Shown: piece by piece, positions 50,798 through 63,971 of the stretch | Layout of the letters: each line of letters starts with the position of its first letter | Numbering within the stretch: position 1 is the first letter of the stretch | Assembly (NCBI RefSeq): GCF_018350175.1 | Contig: NC_058368.1 | Coordinates: 121,956,001-122,020,000, forward strand | Source: Felis catus | Taxonomy: Eukaryota | Length of the DNA: 64,000 bases | Direction of reading: 5' to 3' | Position numbers and translations under genes: made by a program | The notes under the pieces: model-generated | The model's database searches: none | What the model was told of the DNA's origin: nothing | Seen by the model: the letters and a program-made list of their open reading frames with translations, nothing else

Positions 50798-50813
50798 AAG
50801 TTAAAGCTTTATT

Positions 50814-51288
50814 TATTTATTTTTAATTTAAATTCAAGTTAATTAACATGTAGTGTATTAATGATTTCAGGATTGGAATTTAGTGATTCATCACTTACGT
50901 GTAACATCCAGCGCTCATCCCAACAAGTACCCTCCTTAAAGCTTGCTGGACATTTAGCCCATCTCCCCCCACCAGTACCCTGCCAGCAACCCTCAGTTTG
51001 CTCTCTGTATTTAAGAGTCTGTCATGGTTTGTTTCCCTCTCTGTTTTTATCTTATTTTTGCTACCCTTCCCCTATATTCATCTGTTTTGTTTCTTAAATT
51101 CCACATATGAGTGAAGTCATATGATATTTGTCTTTTTCTGACCAACTTACTTCGCTTAACATAATACACCCTGGTTCCATCCACGCTGCTGCAAATGGCA
51201 AAATTTCATTCTTTTTGATCACCAAGTAATATTCCATTGTATGTATAAACCACATCTTCTTTATCTATTCATCAGCTGATTGACATTT
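50814..51288 (-). mobile_element. carnivore L1 3' end nested in the older L1
   Basis: tttaaattcaagttaattaac..gtgattcatcactta..attccacatatgagtga..accacatcttctttatc. Confidence 0.9.
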
Positions 51289-53149
51289 GCTTTTTGCCCA
51301 TTTTCTAACTGGATCATTTTTATAATGAGTTTTAAAGGTTCTTTATATATTTCAGAGACCGGCTTTGCCTGATAGGTGGTTTGTAAGTATTTTCTCCTAG
51401 TCTGTAGCTTAACCTTTCATCCTCGTAACAGGGTCTTTTGCAAAGCAAACAGCTTTAATTGTGGTGAGGTTCAATATTGAACTTTCCTTTTATGATCATG
51501 TTTTGGAGTCAAGTGTAAGATTTTTTTGCCTAGTCTAATCCTGACGATTTTGTATTGTTTTTTCCTAAAAAATTTATAGCTTTAAAATTTACAGTTAGGT
51601 CTTTGATCCACTAAATTTTTGTGTAAACGTGAGACTCAGATGTCAGCTTGAGTTTTCTCTATAGATTTCTAGTTGTTCCAGCAGCAGTGGATGGAAAGGC
51701 CATCATCTCTCCTCCATTAAACTGCTTTTGCACCTTTGTCCCAAGTCGGTGGGTCCTATTTGTGTACATCTGTTTCTGGATTCTTCATTCTGTTCCAGAG
51801 ATCTAGGGGTCTATCCCTGTTAATACCACGTAGTGCTAGTCTTGACTACGGTCACTATATAGTAAGTCTTGAAATTAAATAGATTTATTTCTCCCCTTTA
51901 TTATTCTTTGAAAAAATTATTTTACTTGTTCTAGTTCCTTTGACTTCCTATAGAAGTTTAAGAAGAATCCTGCCTGTATCTACAAAAAATCTTGGTAGGA
52001 TTTTGATAGGATTTCTATTAAACCTACATGACTATGTGGGGAGAATTAACGTCTTTACTGCATTAAGAAATCAACATCTATGCTTGTAAACACCAAGTAA
52101 CAACACTTCTTTATTTTGGGACTAGAGTCAAAAGTTCCATTGCCCAAAAGAGGCCCTATGTACCAGGTTTAACAACATGTATCATTTTTTTGGTTGAAAA
52201 TTGGATACAGATTTATATTTCTCTCCTATACAAAAACAATAAGTCAATCAGATGTTAAAATGACAAGAAATGCTCAATCTCAGCATTAAAAATGACTAGG
52301 GGGTAGCGGGGACTGTGGCTTGCTGGAGAAAGCATGACCCCCCTACGAAGAGGGTACTGTTACTCAATTCCTCTAGTTGTTGAGACCATGGGAACAACAT
52401 TACTCTATCTTCTAAATTTTCAAGAGAAGTGAGAAATCCATTTTTTTAAAATCTAAAATGTCAGCAGCCACTGCGAATTAACATAGAACAAAAAAGGTGA
52501 AACACACACCTTGCTGGGCTGAATCCAGAAGACCAGCAGCCTCTCTGTGGTTTCTGAGTTCGAGGGGATAACAAGAGAAGGTCCTCAGCCTCAAGGAGCT
52601 TACACTCCATCAAGAGCAAGAGACAGACACCACAAAGGAGTACGTCATGCACTAGTATCAGCAGGAGCTGTAGGAGCACATGAGAAGACCTTTAACTCTG
52701 CTCTGGGAGGTCAGGGACGGCTCCCTGGGGAAGTGAATTTACACAACAACTCAAAGTAGCTGATTCCATATGTGCTATTTAATCCATAGCACCTCAAGCA
52801 AACATTGGTAGGATCAGAGAGCAGCGCAAAGCTCTATTTCTGGGCATCACAGAAAGCAATAAAGAGGTCATAGAGTTCAGTGTTTCTCCAAATGCCATGT
52901 CACTTGTTAGAAGGGATTATAAAGCAAAAGCTTTCTAGAGGTGAACAGCCTCCTGATGGTCTTAGAATAATTCTGAGCTTCTTAAAATCACTTACAGGGT
53001 CTTGTGTGGTCTGACTCTGCCTGCCTCTTTAGCCTCCTCTTATCTTCCCTCACTCCTGACTTCCTTCTGTTTTTCCAAGATAGCAAGACTCAAGGTCTTT
53101 GCATTTTGTCACTCAGCCATCCATCTACCCATCCATTAATCCAGCCAGC

Positions 53150-54228
53150 CACCCATCCAAGAAAAACTGGTTGAGGGCCACTATTCCAGGTATTTGAAAT
53201 ACAAAGTAAACAAAGCTGATTCATTTCTTACTCTCATGGGGCTTACATTATAATAGCAGAGACAGAAACACACACATAACATGCCCACTCTGCTATATGA
53301 GGAGTTCTACGAAGCGAAGTTAGAAAGTGCTGAGGCACAGCAAGAATGGTGATGGCCATTTTCGATAGGGGTTGGGGAGGCTTCTGGTTAATATTTAAAC
53401 AGAGCTTGAATTAAGTGATGGAGCAAACCACAAAAGCATGGGGTGGGTGGGGGAGAGTTTTCCAGCAAGAGGGAACCACAAGTGCAAAGTGCCTGAGGTG
53501 GGAACATGTTTGGCCTATTTGTGGAGTAGCTAGAAGGACAGCATCCCTGAAGCGGGAGAGTGGTAGTAAAACAGGGTTGGGGAGGAAGCCAGATGACGTG
53601 AGACTGTGTAGGCTTCAGTCAGTACTGAGATTTTACACCCAATGTAAGGAGAATCCAGCAGAGGATGTGAACAAGGCAGTGATATGATGTGACTTACAGA
53701 GAGTGGACAGTGGTGGAGACGTGAAAGCAGAGAAATGCGTTAGGAGGTTATTCCAGTGGTCCAGGTGAGAAACGCTGATGTGCTGGCAGCAGTGAGGGCA
53801 GGGAGATGCCGGCCAACTTGGGACACTCTGGAGATAGGGGTGACAGGACTGTAAGAGTCAGCGATGCCTGCAAGGGTTCAGCCCTGAGCAACTGATACAT
53901 TTACTTGCATCAAGACCATTCTGTGCCTACAACTTCTCAAGGCTGGCTCCTTACCATGATTCAGGTCTCAGAGTGAGATGGCCTCTTTGGAATTCTTCCC
54001 TGACTACCCACCCCCCATCCTTTTAGTTGCTCTCAGTTTAATTTTAATTCTGAGGACTTACAAATATCTGAAACTATCTTATTCATTTTATTTGACTGAT
54101 TTTTCATCGGGATCCCCCAATGGAATGCAAGGAATAAGGATCATGTCTGTTTTGTTTTTTGCTTCATCCTCAGTCCTTAATTCAGTACCTCAATCGTAGA
54201 ATATGGTCAATAAATACTTGTTGAATGA
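53150..54228. mobile_element. LINE-2 fragments in both orientations
   Basis: tgcaaagtgcctgaggtgggaa..ttaggaggttattccagtggtccaggtgaga (antisense); L2 3' end caataaatacttgttgaatga. Confidence 0.65.
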
Positions 54229-56126
54229 GGCTTGGAAGGTGTGGCACAGGTTAAACAAGCCTCCAGGTTTCTTCGGCATGGTTCTTTTTTGAGCCTTTAA
54301 TAAAGCAATAAGTTAATGGACTAAATAATATTGATTATCCAGCCCAGGCTCTGTGCCAGGCTCTGGGGCAACAGAAGTTTGCAGGAAACGCACAGACCAC
54401 AGCCCCGTGGAGCTTACAGCACACCGGGGGAGGCATAATAAATAATCTTACAAACATGGATGTCCACTGTGCCAAGAATTCAGGAGGGAAAATACACAGT
54501 GTGTGATCTGGGGATCCGACATTGTCAGGGAGCTCAGCTTTTGTGAAATGAGATCTACTGGAAATGCCATTGCAGGCCTTGGGGATCTCTAAGCAGGGTA
54601 TATGCTGTGACTATACCATTTTCACAGAGGTTCTTGTGAGGGGGGGAAAAAAAACACATTTTGGCAAAAGGTGAACTAGCCCAGCCTTCTCATGCACTAG
54701 GGTTCAGCAGGGTTAGGCACTCAGATGGAGAAGAGCAGCTGGCGTATGAAAGAACTAGGGTTTTGCATTTATCGTGATATTTGTAAAATGGCAATGCTAT
54801 CTATTTAAATAAGACTGTAGAGAGAAAGAAAGGCGCTGATGACTATGAAGAGCTGAGCACAGTCTCTGGTACCTAAAACACACTCAGTATCTGGTAATGA
54901 TTACAACTGGATTTCAAATTCTTACGGGTAATCACGTTAACACTCTTCCTACACACACATACCAAACGGCATAGTTCCTTACACATAGTAGCGGCTCAAT
55001 TAGTATAGATTGAATGAATGAAGGATGGCTGTCTCAATGATACACTATTTTGGATCTGTCTGACCCTTCTCACTCATGATGGGCAGGTAAACAAAGAGAA
55101 ATTAATCAGACCCAATCCTTTTATGTGGTTCACCTGTCTCCAGGTTGGTAGCTACTGTTAATTATTGATATTACTTATTATTGATCAGGGTTGGTAGCTG
55201 CTATTAATGATTCTTGCCAGCCGAGGACACTTGGAAGCTTGAATGGAAGGAAGTCAGTCTGGTTATTGGGTTTAAAGTGAGGATCATTTATACGGTGGGA
55301 GGGCTCAGAGGATTCTGTGATTTTATGCACCACTAACTTGCAATAAAAAGACACAGCCAAAGTCCAGAAATAGTTGCTACTAAAATGGCATTTAACTTTG
55401 CATTGAAATCCACATGCTGGTTTGCGCATGTGATTTCTCAGCTGCTATCGTAACGGAGGAAGTCATTTTGAATGAACAATAATCAACCTGGTTCTCCAGG
55501 GGCAACTTGTACCTGAGAACCTCTGAGTCCTTTGTAAACAACCGTTAAGCTTCCCTGTCTCCAGAGGGATGAGCTCCTCGATTTTTTGTTTAAATCAAGC
55601 AGAGTTCAAGGAGGGAGGCTGCCATCAGGAGCAAAGTAGGATAATTCTCAGGCTTCTCCCAAACCCAGACTCGAAAAAGGCCAAAATAACCTCCAAGTCC
55701 CCTAAGATATTTGACCTAATAAGGTTCTACCACAAGTCCCTCCAACCAGCAAGTGGGAGAGGAATGAATGGTTGGAAATAAGAACAGTTATTCTGGAGGG
55801 CCATGTGATAGCAACTGTTACAATAAATAGACCCTGCAACTGAGTGACTGCACTTCAGTGCATTTTTACTAGAGAAATGCTGGTATGTGTACCAAAGAGG
55901 CATTAAGAAAGCACCCTCATTGTTGTGTTATCTACAGGAAGGAAAATACGAGATCTCAAGGTATCTATAACAAGGAGAATGATTAAATAGATAGTGGAAA
56001 AGTATGCAGCTGTTAAAAGAATAAGCCAGGACATATATTAAGTCAGCACATATAATCTATCTATAGTAAGACATCGTTATGTGAAAAAAGAAGGAAATTT
56101 CAGAATTATATGTTCAGTATGCCACA

Positions 56127-56604
56127 TGAGGTGGTTTTAAAATGTGTCCAGAATTTCTTTGATACTCACATAGCAACTGGAGTTTGACCAGCCTCTCCTT
56201 GACTGTGGGTCAGACTGAGCGACTCACTCGTAAATAGAATATGGCAGGAATGACAATGTGTCACTTCCAAGACTAGGTCATAAAAAGGCATTGTGGTTTC
56301 GTGATCTCTTCCGCTCTCTCACTTGCTCTAGACGAAGCTAGCTGTCATGCTGTGAGAACACTCAAGGAGCCCCATGGAGAGGTTCATGTGGCAGTGTCCT
56401 AATAACAGCCAGTGAGGGGCTGTGTCCTCCATCCAGCAGATGGGGGAGCCACCAGCAAAGCAATCCTGCAGTCCCAGTCCAGCCTTGGGATGACTGCTGT
56501 CCCAACTTACATCCGTAAGCCAGAGCCTATCAGCTCAGTCACTCCTGGATTTCCTGCTTATTTCAAAGCATTAAATTTTATGGCTGCAGTCGACAACTAG
56601 TATA
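56127..56604 (+). mobile_element. MaLR solo LTR (MLT1F/G-like)
   Basis: aatagaatatggcag..gtgtcacttccaagactaggtcataaaaaggc..ccatggagaggttcatgtggc..aacagccagtgagg. Confidence 0.75.
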
Positions 56605-56856
56605 CCATTTAAAGAACCATAAAATTTTAAAATGTAATGCATTCACATAGAGAGACAAATGTGTAGAGAAAGGTCTGGAAAGAGATATACTGCAGGGATT
56701 TAGTGGTCACCTCTGGGGACTGGGGTCAGGAGAGTGGAGGTGAAATTAGCTTCACCTGTTCTGTCTCTGTTTTTGTTGTACACGCTCTATAAATACTAGT
56801 GGCCAGTTTTTAAAATAATAAAAGGGAGGACATATAATTTAAAATCCCAGAACTTT

Positions 56857-57085
56857 GAAAGTGCCTGGGTGGCTTAGTCAGTGGAATGTCCAACTCTTGA
56901 TTTCCTCTCAGGTAATGATCTCATGCTCGTGGGATTGAGCACTGTGCCCGGCTCTGTGCTGAGCGTGAAGTCTGCTTAGGATTCTTTCCCTCCCTCTGTC
57001 TTTGCACCTATCCCCACCAAATAAATAAATAAACATTAAAAAAAAAACAACCACGTTGCCTTAAAAAAATAAATAATAAATATAT
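56857..57085 (+). mobile_element. older Can-SINE
   Basis: gtgcctgggtggcttagtcagt head and A-rich tail; degenerate TSD. Confidence 0.87.
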
Positions 57086-57485
57086 AAAATTCCACTACTT
57101 TGGAATGTCATGGCAAGTCCGGTAGGTCTGAGCTTACCTTTGATCATCTCCAAGAAATAAGGTTGCTTAGCAAACTTGTTTAATAATAAGCAAGGTGGTT
57201 AGTGGGGCTTTTCAACTTCCCTAAGAGAGCCAACTCCTATCAGTTATTATTAAAGATCATTTCTGCTTAAGTCATATATATTAAATTATTTTTATCTGTA
57301 TTTCTTATCTATAGGTAAAGTAGTTCAAAGAGACCTTTATTTGGACAACATCAATTCATAATATTCTTACTCTCAAAGAGTAGTCAAATTGTCTTGAAAG
57401 TGAAAAAGTTACCTCCACTAAAAATGACATGTTATATATTAACACAGGCTGGTCTTACCAAGCAGTTTAAAATCAAAGGGGTTTT

Positions 57486-57713
57486 GGGACACTTGGGTGG
57501 CTCAGTCAGTTGAGCTTGCGACTTCAGCTCAGGTCATGATCTCATGGCCAGTGAGTTCAAGCCCGCATCAGGCTCTGTGCTGACCAGCTCAGAGCCTGGA
57601 GCCTGTTTCGGATTCTGTGTCTCCCTCTCTCTCTGGTCCTCCCCCACTTGCACTCAGTCTGTCTCTCTCTCTCTCAAAAATAAAATAAAAAAATAAATAA
57701 AAAATAAAAAAAA
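57486..57713 (+). mobile_element. felid Can-SINE
   Basis: Perfect TSD taaaatcaaaggggtttt. Confidence 0.94.
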
Positions 57714-60589
57714 TAAAATCAAAGGGGTTTTATCGTAGGACCAAGGTTACCCAAGACGTATTTTTAAAGTAACTCTGTCTTGGAATTGTTTTAGGCTTGG
57801 GCTAATTTGTTTTCCAACTTTGAGCCTGGGGATCTGCACGATTTAATATAAGTTTTGTAGCAAGGACCCTGATCCCCATCTGTGGCTAGACTGGCTGCAG
57901 GCACCACAGCCTCATGCATTTTCAGTGGAATTGGGTCCGGAGCTTAGTGCAAAATGCCTTCTGGGTGACTGACCAGAAATTCAATCACAGCACATTCATT
58001 TCAAAAATCCCTTTCATGTATCATTTAAAAGCAGCCTGCATATTTGAATTTGCATATCTCTGGATTTTGGAAATGCGGGAGAAGAATGGATTCCTGTTTG
58101 GTTTTCAGGATGATAGGAGGGAATACACTGGAGGCATTTCCTTTCCTTGACTACTGGGTAGATTTAGTACTACTGAAACATTCTGAAACAGCAGTTCGTA
58201 ACATAAGCCATTGTCCCATGGAGCTTGAGAATAAGAATAACTAACATTTATAGAGCGTTTTACACTCTACAAAGTGCGTTAGCATTCACTGCCTCATTTA
58301 ATAGGCAGAGAGGCTCTTAATTATGCTTTCTGATGAGGGGACAATGATTCTTTCAATTCTAGCATCTGCAGAGATTGCTCTGGTTTTCCCTTCGTATGGA
58401 CCCACTAAAGAAATAATGATGCTAGCTCTCGCTTCCCCAGGCTGGGAAAGAGTACGCTGTAGCAGGTGTGAGATCCATTAATTTCACTACGCTGCAGCTT
58501 GCTCCAAGTTTCTTTCCATTATCTCAAATGTATATATGTGATTCTGTTCTAGGAAGACAGGAGCTCAGGAGCCAGATGCCTGCATTTGAATCTTGGCTCT
58601 GTCATTTTCTAGCTACCTCGTCTTGAGCAGATTTTTTTAAATCTCTTTAATATTTAACATTATTTAACTTCTCAGTTTTCTCATCTGAAAAATGGGGCAG
58701 ATAGTAATTGTGTAGTCCTCATAGGGTTTTCATGAAAATTCAAGGGCTGAGTTCATGCAGAGCGCTTAGGAAAGTGGGTGCTACAGAGTCAACGATTTGT
58801 AACCGTCTGTGCTGTTTCTTGTTGTACAGAATGAGCTGCGTCCTAGGTTGGATGGGGGACAAGACACGTCCATCAATATTCGTTCAGGGTACTACTGAGC
58901 AGCAGATGGGCACAGTGTCAAGCTCGGAGGCTATACCAGATGTGTCCTTCTCCTCACGAGGCTTACATTCCAGTGGAGGAGGTAGATAAGACCAAAATTT
59001 AATAAAGGTTAATGAATGAAGTGGTCAGAGGATAAAAATTGCGGAGTTGAGCTAGAGAGTGGGGGCTGGGCGCTGAGTGCCAGCAGAGTATTCTTCTGAT
59101 TTGAGGATGTGAAAAGCCAGTCTTTCAAAACACATGGGGAAGAACTGTCCTGGTGGCAGGAACTGATGAGTGAGGGTCACGCAGGAGCAGAGAGCACAGT
59201 GAGTGGACTACTGGACACAGAGGGAGAGAGGTGAGCAAGGCGCCCAGGCGATGGTGAAGGGCCACGGTCTTGTCCTGCGTGTATACAGAAGCCACACAAG
59301 AGTGGGAGGCAGATAAGGAACATGGCTCCATATCCGTTGTGTAAATATATGACATTCTGTACAAATTTATTGTACATAATTACCCATTACACACATATAC
59401 ACATAGATTGAAAAATAGCACTGGCTGTCGTGTGTGGTGAGGACTGTGGGATGGAAGGACTAGAGGAGGAACATAGTAACAGAAGTGACACGTGCCAGCC
59501 AAGAAGCACAAAGTGCCATTGGGTCCTCAGGAAAAATGTGGACAACCGGCGAAGGGAGCACCATTTGAGATGACTCTGAAGTGGGCACTCCTCTTAGACA
59601 TGCAAGGGTGTCTGGAAAACACAGATGGCTTCACTAATTGTTGTGTATCTTGCAAAGAGGCCATACGGATCTACGCTGGAGTGTCCCAAATTTCATGTAT
59701 GGATCTCTGAAAACTGCAGGTAGATGTGATATGAAAAAGGCAATGTCAGAGTATCTCTTGCATCCCAAACTACACTGGTCCTCGGACTTGCCGGTGGAAT
59801 CAAACCACAAGGAGTTTTCTAGAACAACCATTACTTGATCTGTATCCGAGTGGAACCCTTTGCCCTGACTTCATCTTGGCTTCTGAAGGCCAAGGATACC
59901 TATAGAACCTTCCATTTTCTACAAGGCATCAAGGTAAAAGGAAAGCCTTCCATGCGTTGAAGCTGCGTAAGCACAGGCAGTCTGAGGCCCAAATGAAAAG
60001 GACAGAGGAAAGACGTCAAACTCCCAGTGAGAGCTGAATAGATCAGTCCAAACAAAGAGCTTACATCGTGACACCACTGCTCAGCTTGTTTTGCCCACAT
60101 CATAGTTCTGTTTATGCAATATTTCTGCCTGGTAGGCCACTCCCACCTCTCAATATTAACACCAGTGATGTCAGCATTCTCTAGAATTGCTCATACAAGC
60201 ACTCTCTTTGGACTAGAGGTTTACAATGGTCAGATGACTGAAATTCCAAACGACTGCCCAAAAGGTTCAACCTGCAGCAGCAAAAGAACATCCGAACTAG
60301 CTTCCCAGGACATGGGTTCAAGAGACGGGTCTGTCATGGGCCAGCTGTATGATTCAGGGCGGGAACCCTCATCCCTTGAATTTCAGTTTCCCCTTGGTCA
60401 AAATCTATCAACACCCACCTCAAAGATTTGTCATGGGGATTACCTATGACGTATGTCCAAGTATCTTCTCAAATTAATAAAATGTAAGTATGGTGCTGTC
60501 ATCATCATCAAATAATGTCAAACGCTTGCACGGCATTTTTAAATATCTATATATTTTCACTTGCTGTATTTCATTAGCCAATTGACTAA

Positions 60590-60611
60590 ATTTTTTTAAT
60601 GTTTATTTACT

Positions 60612-60662
<51 letters not shown>

Positions 60663-60827
60663 CAGAGCATGAGCAGGGGAGGGGCAGAGAGAGGGGGAGA
60701 CACAGAATCCTAAGCAGACTCCAGGCTGTCAGCACAGAGCCCCATGCAGGGCTTGAACCCACAAACTGTGAGATCATGACCTGAGCCGAAGTCAGACATT
60801 CAATGGACTGAGCCACCCAGGTGCCCC
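60590..60827 (-). mobile_element. felid Can-SINE with a long (GA)n
   Basis: (GA)n at ~60615-60659; TSD aattgactaa. Confidence 0.93.
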
Positions 60828-61548
60828 ACTAATTGACTAATTAATGAGTTGCACAAAGTCTGCACTAAGTTGGCTCCATCAGAGGCAAACAAACAAACAA
60901 ACAAACAAACAAAAAACCCTCTTGTCTGATTTTGGCTCACCCCAAATCCCCAGCATCCAGACAAGTAACACTAGCTAATAGTAGGTGCTTAATACACATG
61001 TGGTGAACAAAAGATCCAAGAATGAAGAAAAACCACTCCAGGGAAGAGAATATCACTCCCACTTCACATGTTTGGATTCTGAGCGACAGGAAGGTTCAGT
61101 TGTGCCACCAACTAAAATTTCACAGTGAAATGTGAGACGGCACTGTGCCTAATACTGCCTCTACTGTCTCTTAAGCCTGTCCACATCAGATCTCTGCTTT
61201 CTCCTACACAGAGTGCGTTTTCAAACGGAATTCAAGCCCAGCACTTTTCCAGGGTGGTGCTTTAGTTCCTTCCTTCAGCCATCTGCTCTTTTATCTGTCA
61301 AAACTTATTGATTTTATTTGAAAACTTTTAATTAGAATCTTCCAGGCAGTGGCAGAGTTAAGTTTAGAAGTTTTCCACTGGTCTCATCCACAGCAGCTGC
61401 AGTAAGGCAATAAGGCTTATGATTTAAATTCATTTTTCTCTCCATGCTGATGTCACCTTCTTTTTCCCTGGCTCTTGCATTGTTCCAGGAAGTTACATGA
61501 GGTTGAAGAGCCACCAGACTATTACTGCTTCTTAGAAATGACCTTTCA

Positions 61549-61772
61549 GGGGCATCTGAGTGGCTCAGTTGGTTGAGAGTCCGACTTCAGCTCAGGTCAT
61601 GATCTCACAGCTCGTGAGTTCGATCCCCGCATTGGGCTCTGTGCTGACAGCTCAGAGCCTGGAGCCTACTTCAGATTATGTCTCTCCCTCTCTCTCAGTC
61701 CCTAACCCACCCACTCACATTCTGTCTCTGTCTCTCTCAAAAATAAATAAACATTAAAAAAATTTTTTTTAA
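61549..61772 (+). mobile_element. felid Can-SINE
   Basis: TSD agaaatgacctttca(ggg). Confidence 0.94.
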
Positions 61773-62439
61773 AGAAATGACCTTTCAGGGAATTTTCCTT
61801 ATGTGACAAGATGCTGGTAAAGCTAGGACAATAAAGAACATACATCCCTTTTACCTCATTTTTTAACCCAAAGGTTATCGAAGGCGTTACAAACATTCAT
61901 TAAGCCAACCTCATATAATACTCCAGGAAAAAAGAATTCTCCAGTGCAGAAAACCAAAACTGAATTTAAAGTTACCTAAGCAGCATATTTAGAGTCAGCC
62001 CATCAGCAACAAAACTACATCTGTTGTATCACGGAACTGTCCCCACCTTCACCCCTCCTCTGCTGTAGGCTTAGGAAGCACCTACTCATCCTACAAGACC
62101 CACTCAGGTATCACCTTCTCTAGGAAGCCTCTCTTACTTCTACCTTCCATGTCCTGTTAGGTGTTCCTCCCCCCTCCATTGTAGCTCAATATTTTAAGTA
62201 TGCATCTTCCTACAACCATTATTAAAATTTCTGCAGTTTGTATTCTTGCTTATCTCTCTTCCTACACTCCAGTATTACTAAGGCTATGCACCCATTTTTT
62301 CTCAACAAGGACACATACAAATTCATTATTTTTGTGTTCTCCAAATCTATCCCATAGTCTGGCATGTAATAGATGTTCAATACATGTAGTTTTAATTGAA
62401 GAGGATTCCTGCTCTGTTTTGATCATAGATTTATTTACG

Positions 62440-62789
62440 TGTTTGTTTATTTTTAAAGATTTTATTTTTAAGGGGTATCTGGCGGTTCAGTTCGTTAAGG
62501 GTCTGACTCTTGACTTCAGCACAGGTCACGATCTCACTGTTTGTGGGTTTGAGCCCTGCGTCGGGCTTTGTAGTGACAGTGTGGAGCCTGCTCGAGATTC
62601 TCAATCTCTCCCTCTCTCCCCTCTCTCTGCTCCTCCCCTGCTCGTGTGCCTGCTTGTGTGCACGCTTTCTTTCTCAAAATAAATCAACTTAAAAAATATT
62701 TTATTTTTTAAGTAATCTCTACACCCAAAGTGGGCCTTGAACTTACAACACCAAGATCAAGAGTTACATGTTCTACCAGCCAGGTACCA
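62440..62789. mobile_element. plus-strand Can-SINE (62472-62695) nested in the tail of an older minus-strand short Can-SINE
   Basis: Repeat attttattttt(t)aag on both sides; the host resumes taatctctacacccaaagtggg..gccaggtacc. Confidence 0.85.
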
Positions 62790-62794
62790 CTAGA

Positions 62795-63090
62795 TTTTAG
62801 TTTTTAGAGCTTTTTAGGTTCAGAGAAAAATTGAGAAAGTACAGAGATGTCCTATTAACCCCCTGCTCCCACACATGCGTATCTTTCCCCATTATCAACA
62901 ATCTCCAGCAGAGTGGTGCCTTTGTTACAATTGATGAACCTTCACTGACACATCATTATCACCCAAACTCCATAGTTTACATTAGGTCTCACTCTTGGTG
63001 TCATATATTCTATGAGCCTGGACAAATGTAAAATGACACATATCCACCATTGTATCATACAGACGAGTTTCACAGCCCTAAAAACCCTCT
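62795..63090 (-). mobile_element. old L1 3' end (L1MC-like)
   Basis: aaaattgagaaagtacagaga..gttacaattgatgaacct..catcattatcacccaaactccatagtttacattagg. Confidence 0.8.
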
Positions 63091-63577
63091 CCTTTACAGG
63101 ATTCCATTATCAGCCATCAAAGCACACTTTATACAGCATGGCTAGAAAACTCTTAGCTTACAATTTAGTACCAAATTGATTTAAAAAGAAAAAAACAAAA
63201 AACCTTGTAGAACAAGACTTTCTCAACCTGACCTTTTCTAAATTCCCTATAAACTAAACAGACTGGCACACTGAAGAACTTGTGGTTAATAGCGGTCTGC
63301 ATCACACTGAGCCAAAGAGCTTCTACTGTCTGCCTTACAACTGTTTTAGGGTCCTACAAGATTTAATGCTCCACACAGTGCCTGGACCGGAGGTTCTCAC
63401 CCTATTTTGTACAGCAACACATATTACTGAAGGGTCCAAATGGGATACTCTGACTGGCAACCAATTGTGACTTTCTTTTCTCTTGACTTGAGAGAGAGGG
63501 CACAGGGACAGAACTGAGAAGGAATGATGGCATTACAATTTAGATCTACTTTAACTTATATAAGAAAGCAAAGCATT

Positions 63578-63758
63578 GGGGTGCCTGGGTGGCTCAGTTG
63601 GTTAAGCGCCCGACTTTGGCTCAGGACATGATCTCACGGTTCATGAGTTCAAGCTCCATATTGGGCTCTCTGCTGTCAGCTGGGAACCTGCTTCAGATGC
63701 TCTGTCTCCCTCTCTGTGCCTCTCATCTGCTCGTGCACTGTCTCTCAGAAATAAACAT
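63578..63758 (+). mobile_element. felid Can-SINE
   Basis: ggggtgcctgggtggctcagttggttaagcg head. Confidence 0.92.
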
Positions 63759-63971
63759 TTATTTTATTTTTTTTAATGTTTATTTTTGAGAAAGAGAGAG
63801 AGACAGAGCTCAAGTGGGAGAAGGGCAGAGAGAGAGAGGGAGACACAGAATCTGAAGCAGGCTCCAGGCTCTGAGCTGTCAGCACACAGCTCGATGTGGG
63901 GCTCGAACTCACAAACTGTGAGATCTGAGTCGAAGTCAGACACTCAACCGAATGAGCCACCCAGGCACCCC
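63759..63971 (-). mobile_element. felid Can-SINE inserted antisense in the tail of the previous SINE
   Basis: Ends gagccacccaggcacccc; the host A-tail resumes at 63972. Confidence 0.92.

Larger units (their letters stand above)
49862..52065 (-). mobile_element. old L1 (L1MB/MC-like) 3' portion, hosting younger insertions
   Basis: tgtagattcacatg..cccaatggtaac; aattgttttccagaatgg..ccattttacattc; tagttgttccagca; gattttgatagg. Confidence 0.8.

Noticed and set aside
62200..62682. 160-aa ORF
   Set aside because: Runs through L2-like and Can-SINE sequence.
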